A program made the translations under genes and the position numbers. A stretch of DNA of 64,000 nt from an uncultured Actinomycetes bacterium. Lineage in GTDB: Bacteria; Actinomycetota; UBA4738; HRBIN12. The DNA lies in assembly GCA_963704725.1 (NCBI GenBank), contig OY969934.1, positions 2,240,001-2,304,000 of the forward strand, written 5' to 3'. Shown piece after piece: positions 58,345 through 64,000 of the stretch. The notes beneath the pieces are model-generated. The model searched no databases, was not told where the DNA came from, and was given only the letters and a program-made list of their open reading frames with translations. Each line of letters begins with the position of its first letter. Position 1 is the stretch's first letter.

Positions 58345-58427
58345 GCCTGCATCGTAGCCGCAGGTCGTTGCGCTCCCTCGGGGGCCATGTTGAGAAATCG
58401 TTGCGGCGCTTCGGCTTCGTGCCCGGC

Positions 58428-59549
58428 TCAGAAGTTCGGCGGCTTGACGATGTCGATGTAGACCACCGCCAGCGTGAACACGATGAAGAACGCCGCCACC
58501 GCGGCCGAGACCGGGATCACCTTGCGCATGTCCACCGGCCGGCCCCGGATCTTCTCGATCACCAGGACGGCGAGGTGGCCGCCGTCGAACGGAGGCAGCG
58601 GCAGGAGGTTCAGGAACCCCACGAACACGTTCACGATCCCGAACAGGAACAGGAGGTCCCAGAAGTTGCTGGCGGGCTGGGAGGCGATGCTCCCGGCGAG
58701 GCGACCGATCCCCACGATGCTCGCCGGATCCCTCGAGCTGCGAGGCTCGTCCGTGAACGCAAGCCGGAAGACGCGGCCGATGCCCTCCGGTCCGAAGACC
58801 CGGCCGATGCTCTTCACGGTGGTGACGAGGTTGTCGCTCACGAGTCCGGCGCCGCCGGTCACGGCGGCGATGGGCCCGGACCGCTCCCGGCGGCCCTCGC
58901 CCAGCGCGACGCCGATCCGCGCCACCCGCTCGCCGGCGAGCTCCGACCACCGCGGCACGACGCTGATGTCGAACGTCCGGTCACCGCGCTCGATCGTGAG
59001 CGTCATCGGCCGGCCCACGTGCGACTGCGTGTACGAGATGAGCCGCTCGTTGGTGGGGTCCCGGATGTCGTCGACGGCGACGATGCGATCCCCCGCCTTC
59101 AGACCGGCCTCCGCGGCGGGCGAGGTCGTCCCGTCGAGCTGCTGGGCCACGGCGAAGAGCTCCGGGCTGTGCCCCGTCGGCTGCCCGACGAAGCCGAGCC
59201 ACAGGGCGAAGCACAGGAAGGCCAGAACGAAGTGCGTGGCGGGGCCGGCCACGATCACCAGCGCCCGCTGCCACCGGGGCTTCGCACCGTACGTCCTGGG
59301 AAGATCCTCCGGAGCCACCTCCTCGAAGGGGCTCATGCCGGCGATCTTCACGTAGCCCCCGGCGGGGATCCACTTGAAGCCCACCTCGGTCTCGCCCCGC
59401 TTCGTGGACCAGATCCGCGGCCCGAAGCCGACGAAGAACTCCGTCACCTTGATGCCGAAGGCCTTGGCCACCCCGAAGTGCGCCGCCTCGTGGATGACGA
59501 TCACCACGATGAGAGCGAGGAAGAACGAGATCTGTCCGAGGGCTTCCAT
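58428..59549 (-). CDS. rseP: RseP/Rip1 site-2 metalloprotease with PDZ domain
   Basis: HEAAH, NLLPLPPFDGG; follows dxr. Confidence 0.92.
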   Translation of the reverse strand: MEALGQISFFLALIVVIVIHEAAHFGVAKAFGIKVTEFFVGFGPRIWSTKRGETEVGFKWIPAGGYVKIAGMSPFEEVAPEDLPRTYGAKPRWQRALVIVAGPATHFVLAFLCFALWLGFVGQPTGHSPELFAVAQQLDGTTSPAAEAGLKAGDRIVAVDDIRDPTNERLISYTQSHVGRPMTLTIERGDRTFDISVVPRWSELAGERVARIGVALGEGRRERSGPIAAVTGGAGLVSDNLVTTVKSIGRVFGPEGIGRVFRLAFTDEPRSSRDPASIVGIGRLAGSIASQPASNFWDLLFLFGIVNVFVGFLNLLPLPPFDGGHLAVLVIEKIRGRPVDMRKVIPVSAAVAAFFIVFTLAVVYIDIVKPPNF

Positions 59550-59555
59550 CGACGG

Positions 59556-60719
59556 CTATCGGGCGTCGATGATCTCGGCCGCGCGCCGCCGAGCCCAGGC
59601 GTCGGCGCGCTCGAGGTTCACGATGGACACCACCGAGGAGGGGGCCTCGTGCTCGTCGACCACGGCCTGCACGACCTCGACGATCCGCGTGAGCGGGATC
59701 TTGCCCTCGAGGAACGCCATGACGGCGACCTCGTTGGCCGCGCTCATGACCGCGGGGAAGGTGAGCCCGAGCTCGCCCACGCGATACGCGAGGTCGATCG
59801 CCTGGAACGCCTCGCGGTCGACGGGCTCGAAGGTCAGCTTTCGGTCCGTGAGGGGGACGGGGTCGATCCCGCTCGGCAGGCGCTCGGGCCAGCCCAGCGC
59901 GAGCTGGATCGGCAGCTTCATGTCCGGCTGCGCGAACTGCGCGAGCAGCGTTCCATCGCGGAACTCGGCCAGCGCGTGGACGATGCCCTCCGGGTGGATC
60001 ACCACGTGGATCTGCGAGTACTCGATGCCGAACAGGTAGTGCGCCTCGATCACCTCGAGGCCCTTGTTCATGAGCGTCGCCGAATCGATCGTGATCTTCG
60101 GGCCCATCTGCCAGATCGGGTGCGCGAGCGCCTCCTTCACCGACGCCTTGGCCAGCTCGTTGCGCGTCCAGCCCCGGAACGGGCCGCCGGAGCCGGTCAG
60201 GATGACGCGCTTCACGTCCTCCCGCCGCTCGCCGCGCAGCAGCTGGGCGAGCGCCGCGTGCTCCGAGTCGACCGGGACCAGCCGTTCGGGCTCCCCTTTG
60301 ATCAGGTCCAGGACGAGCTCGCCGCCGATGACCAGGCTCTCCTTGTTGGCCAGCGCCAGGACCTTGCCTGCCTGGAGCGTCGCGAGCGTGGGGCCCAGCC
60401 CCGCGGCCCCGACCAGGGCGTTCAGCACCATGTCGGCCTCGGCGTCGCGCGCCAGCGTCTCGGCGGCGTTCGGCCCCACCTGGATGTCGATCTCGACGCC
60501 CTTGAATCCGGACAGGCGTTCGCGCAGGTCCACCGCGGCCTCCTCGTCCGCGATGGCCACGAGCGGAGGTAGGAACTCGCGGATCTGACCCACCAGGAGC
60601 TCGTGGTTCGTGCCCGCGGACAGGCCCACCACCTTGAACCGGTCGGGGTTGTGGCGGACGACGTCCAGCGCTTGCGTCCCGACCGATCCCGTGGACCCCA
60701 GGATCACCAGCGTGCGCAC
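59556..60719 (-). CDS. dxr: DXP reductoisomerase
   Basis: GSTGSVG, LANKES, PVDSEH, HPIWQMG, NKGLE. Confidence 0.97.
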   Translation of the reverse strand: MRTLVILGSTGSVGTQALDVVRHNPDRFKVVGLSAGTNHELLVGQIREFLPPLVAIADEEAAVDLRERLSGFKGVEIDIQVGPNAAETLARDAEADMVLNALVGAAGLGPTLATLQAGKVLALANKESLVIGGELVLDLIKGEPERLVPVDSEHAALAQLLRGERREDVKRVILTGSGGPFRGWTRNELAKASVKEALAHPIWQMGPKITIDSATLMNKGLEVIEAHYLFGIEYSQIHVVIHPEGIVHALAEFRDGTLLAQFAQPDMKLPIQLALGWPERLPSGIDPVPLTDRKLTFEPVDREAFQAIDLAYRVGELGLTFPAVMSAANEVAVMAFLEGKIPLTRIVEVVQAVVDEHEAPSSVVSIVNLERADAWARRRAAEIIDAR

Positions 60720-60841
60720 GGACCCAAGACTACCTTGGGGCGCCCGGAATCAGGGGAAGCCGTTCGGCCCGCCGGTCGGGAGCGTTTCGGCGGTGGGATC
60801 GGTCGCGAACGCCACCTCGAGCCGAAGGCCGGCGTCGGGGC

Positions 60842-62401
60842 TCAGGACAGGATCAGCCTGAGGAACATGACGGCCGCGGGCGCGACGAACAGGATCGAGT
60901 CGATCCGGTCGAGCACCCCTCCGTGCCCCGGAAGGATGCTGCCCATGTCCTTGATGCCCAGGTCCCGCTTGATCAGCGACTCGGCCAGATCCCCGAGCGG
61001 CGCGAAGACCGCGACGACCACGGCGAGCCCCGCGGAGCGTCCCACGGTGTCGAGCAGGTCCACCGAGCTCGACACGGCGCCCACCGCGACGGCGACGACG
61101 ACGAGCGTGGCGCCGATCGCTCCCTCCCAGGACTTCTTCGGGCTCACATGGGGGGCCAACGGACGGCTGCCCCAGAAGTAGCCGACGCCGAACGCCGAGA
61201 TGTCGTAGGCGACCGTCAGGCCGATGATCGCGAGCACGAGCCCCCGCCCGTCGCTCTCCCGCAGCAACGCCAGGACGTACCCGGCGAGCATCGGGATGTA
61301 CGCGACCCCCAGCACCGTGAGCGCCACGTTCGCGGCGACGTTGCGCCGATGGGGCCCGGGGACGGTCATGTACCACAGGAACGCGGCGAACGTGGCGAGC
61401 GCCACCATCGCGAGCATCGCGCCCTCGCCGCGGTAGTACGCGGCGCCGAGCACCAGGGCGCCGGACACGAGCCCCAGCGCGGTGGCCGGCTGGAAGTGCC
61501 GCTTCTGCAGGGCGAAGTAGAACTCGCCCTGCGCGAACAGGACGACGATCCCGGCCAGGATCGCGAACGGGCCCGGCCCCCAGGCGATCGCGCCGAGCGC
61601 CAGCGCCAAGAGGATGAGTCCCGTGAGGAAGGCCATGGGGACGTCGCGGCCGGTGCCGCGCCGCTCGGGCTCCGCCCCGACCTCCAGGGCCGTGGGCTCC
61701 TGCCAGCTCGGGCCGCCCAGCCCCTCGTGTCCGACCCGGACCGTGCGGGGTGCCTCGGCTCGTCCGGGCTCCGACGCCTCGTCCTCGTCCTCACCGAGCA
61801 GCGCCGCGATCTGCACCTCCTCGGTGACCGACTCCGTGGTCCCCGTCTCGCCGGCCTCCTCGCGCACGGACTCGGCGAAGTGATCGGCCGCGGCCTCGAC
61901 GGCCTCGAGGTCTGGAGCCGGCTCCTCGACGACCACCTCTCCCTCTTCGATCGGCTCCGCGGCCCCCTCCCCGGCGTCCGCGCCGGGAAGATCCACGTAC
62001 GCGCTCGGCGACTGGGTGAAGGCCTCCTCGGTGATGGATCCCTCTTCCTCGAGGTCGTCCTCTCCACCCAGGAGGAAGGCGGTCAGGTCGCGCTCGTCCT
62101 CCCCCTCATCGGCCGCGGCGTCGTCCTCGTCCTCGAACAGGTCCTCCTGGCCGGGGATCGTCCCCTGAGCCGCGGTCTCCTCCTCCGGCTCGATCCGGAT
62201 CGGGGCCTCGAACGCCGCGGTGTCCTCGCCGGGGGGCTCGGACGGTCCCGCCGCTTCTTCCTCGGCCTCCCCGGGCGGCGCCGACGAAGGTGCCGGCTCG
62301 CCCGTCTCGGGCCAGTCGACGTCCTGGATGGGTGCGAAGAACTTGTCGAGGTCCTCGAAGAGATCCTCGTCGCCGTCCTTGCGCCCCTCGCCCTCCGCCA
62401 C
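60842..62401 (-). CDS. cdsA: Phosphatidate cytidylyltransferase with long acidic N-terminal extension
   Basis: SPKKSWEG, GDLAESLIKR, KDMG..LPGHGGVLDRID. Confidence 0.92.
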   Translation of the reverse strand: MAEGEGRKDGDEDLFEDLDKFFAPIQDVDWPETGEPAPSSAPPGEAEEEAAGPSEPPGEDTAAFEAPIRIEPEEETAAQGTIPGQEDLFEDEDDAAADEGEDERDLTAFLLGGEDDLEEEGSITEEAFTQSPSAYVDLPGADAGEGAAEPIEEGEVVVEEPAPDLEAVEAAADHFAESVREEAGETGTTESVTEEVQIAALLGEDEDEASEPGRAEAPRTVRVGHEGLGGPSWQEPTALEVGAEPERRGTGRDVPMAFLTGLILLALALGAIAWGPGPFAILAGIVVLFAQGEFYFALQKRHFQPATALGLVSGALVLGAAYYRGEGAMLAMVALATFAAFLWYMTVPGPHRRNVAANVALTVLGVAYIPMLAGYVLALLRESDGRGLVLAIIGLTVAYDISAFGVGYFWGSRPLAPHVSPKKSWEGAIGATLVVVAVAVGAVSSSVDLLDTVGRSAGLAVVVAVFAPLGDLAESLIKRDLGIKDMGSILPGHGGVLDRIDSILFVAPAAVMFLRLILS

Positions 62402-62961
62402 TAGATCTCCTTGAGCTCGGCTTCCTTGTGCGCGACGACCTCGTCGACCTCCGCCACGTGCTTGTCGGTCAGCTTCTGAAGCTCTCGCTCGGACCGGATG
62501 AGGTCATCTTCTGAGATGCCGCCCTCGCGCTCAAGCTTCTCCAGCTCTTCCCTGGAGTGCCGACGGATGTTCCGAACGGCAACCCGCGCCTCCTCACCGC
62601 GGTGGTGTACGAGCTTGATGAGCTCCTTGCGCCGCTCCTCGGTGAGCAGGGGGAAGTTCAGCCGGATGACGTTGCCGTCGTTGCTCGGCGTGATGCCCAC
62701 GTCGCTCGACATGATCGCCTTCTCCATCGAGGAGATGGCGTTCTTGTCGTACGGCTGGATCATCAAGGTTCGCGGTTCGGGAACGCTGAACGACGCGAGC
62801 TGCTGGATCGGCACCGACGTCCCGTAGTAGTCGACGACGATCCGCGAGAGCAGGGCCGGCGTGGCGCGACCGGTCCGGATGCCTCCGAGCTCGTCCCGCA
62901 GGACGGAGATGGCCTTGACCATCTTCTCGGTCGTCTCCCCCATCACCGACTCGACGGTCAT
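62401..62961 (-). CDS. frr: Ribosome recycling factor
   Basis: [20 protein letters not shown]. Confidence 0.97.
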   Translation of the reverse strand: MTVESVMGETTEKMVKAISVLRDELGGIRTGRATPALLSRIVVDYYGTSVPIQQLASFSVPEPRTLMIQPYDKNAISSMEKAIMSSDVGITPSNDGNVIRLNFPLLTEERRKELIKLVHHRGEEARVAVRNIRRHSREELEKLEREGGISEDDLIRSERELQKLTDKHVAEVDEVVAHKEAELKEI

Positions 62962-63710
62962 CGCGTCCCCCCGTGCACGAGCGTGCCGATGGCCTCTCCC
63001 TCGACCGCCCGGCGGATGTTCCCGTCCTGGCGGACGTCGAAGACGATGATCGGCAGCTTGTTCTCCATGCACAGGCTCACGGCGGTGGCATCCATCACCT
63101 GGTAGCCCTCGCGGAGCAGGTCGAGGTACTCGAGCGAGTCGAAGCGGACCGCGCTGGGGTCCAAGTTGGGATCGGCCGTGTACACGCCGTCCACCTTCGT
63201 CCCCTTCAACAACGCCTCCGCGCCGATCTCGAGCGCGCGTTGCGCCGCCGCGGTGTCGGTGGAGAAGAAGGGGACCCCGAGCCCGGTGGCGAAGATCACG
63301 ACGCGCCCCTTCTCCAGATGCCGGATCGCGCGAAGCGGGATGTACGGCTCCGCGATCTGCGCCATGTGGATCGCCGTCTGGACGCGCGTCGGGACGTGCG
63401 TCTTCTCCAAGGCGTCCTGGAGGGCGAGGGCGTTCATCACGGTGGGCAGCATGCCCATGTAGTCGGCGCGGGACCGGTCGATGTCCGGGGCCTGGCGGCC
63501 ACGGAAGATGTTGCCGCCTCCCACCACCACCGCGCACTGCACGCCCTGGTCCACGATCTCGGCGAGCTGCGTCGCCAGCAGGTGGGTCGCGGCGGTCGAG
63601 ATGCCGTACCCGGTCTCGGCGGGGGCGAACGCGTCGCCCGAGAGCTTCAGCAGGACCCGGCGGTACAGCGGCCGGGCCACCGTCTCCCGCGCGTGGTCGC
63701 CCTCGGGCAT
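62958..63710 (-). CDS. pyrH: Uridylate kinase
   Basis: [22 protein letters not shown]. Confidence 0.97.
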   Translation of the reverse strand: MPEGDHARETVARPLYRRVLLKLSGDAFAPAETGYGISTAATHLLATQLAEIVDQGVQCAVVVGGGNIFRGRQAPDIDRSRADYMGMLPTVMNALALQDALEKTHVPTRVQTAIHMAQIAEPYIPLRAIRHLEKGRVVIFATGLGVPFFSTDTAAAQRALEIGAEALLKGTKVDGVYTADPNLDPSAVRFDSLEYLDLLREGYQVMDATAVSLCMENKLPIIVFDVRQDGNIRRAVEGEAIGTLVHGGTR

Positions 63711-63719
63711 GCCCGTACC

Positions 63720-64000
63720 CTACTCGCTCTCTTCGCCCAGCCTGAATCGCACGAACCGCCGGACGGCCACCTTCTCGCCCACCTTGGCCGCCACCTCGTC
63801 GAGCAGCCCCTGGATCGTCTTCGCGTCGTCCTTCACGAACCTCTGCTCCAGCAGGACCGTCTGCTCGTAGAAGGCCTTCATCTTGCCCTCGACGATGTTC
63901 GCGAGGACGTGCTCGGGCTTGCCGGTCTCCTTGGCCTGCACCTCGAAGATGCTGCGTTCGGCGTCGGCGACCTGAGCGGGGACGTCGTCGCGAGACAGGA
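63720..64000 (-). CDS. tsf: Elongation factor Ts, C-terminal part (truncated by the window edge)
   Basis: GKPEHVLANIVEGK...LLEQRFVKD...RRFVRF; tsf-pyrH-frr synteny. Confidence 0.95.
   Translation of the reverse strand, partial: LSRDDVPAQVADAERSIFEVQAKETGKPEHVLANIVEGKMKAFYEQTVLLEQRFVKDDAKTIQGLLDEVAAKVGEKVAVRRFVRFRLGEESE

Noticed and set aside
60733-60841. GC-rich hairpins between cdsA and dxr as an ncRNA
   Set aside because: Pairing is no better than expected at this GC content; no tRNA or riboswitch motifs

Overview
High-GC bacterial chromosome segment, inferred to be a deep-branching Actinomycetota lineage (GAAC-N4-GTTC SOS boxes, Actino-pnp-like hairpin, many leaderless genes, plus RNase Y and a DapL-type aminotransferase). 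It is mostly minus-strand core genome: tsf-pyrH-frr-cdsA-dxr-rseP-two-component pair-yjbQ-ispG, proS, rimP-nusA-ylxR-infB-rbfA-nrnA-truB, ribF, rpsO-pnp, dapB/dapA, rnj-ftsK-rodZ-cinA-thpR-recA-recX-rny-miaB-miaA-dapF-dapL-hflX, lexA, nrdR-nrdJ. No rRNA, tRNA, CRISPR array or mobile element was seen. Highlights: (1) an AhpD-like gene split by an in-frame UGA in a C-x-x-U-x-x-x-H motif with an fdhF-like SECIS hairpin 11 nt downstream, probably a selenoprotein; (2) an inserted operon with an orphan OsmF-like binding protein, a catalytically degenerate PAP2 domain fused to a kinase, a Cys-rich lipoprotein and an intact PAP2, facing a flippase-like gene; (3) a clpP paralog sharing twin GCAACC-N4-GGTTGC operators with an SRPBCC/ArsR pair; (4) a 9-bp-periodic region between dapA and pduO that may encode a CxxC-repeat peptide; (5) regulatory leaders at trpE, rny, pnp and rimP. 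All calls come from reading the sequence by eye; no database searches were run.
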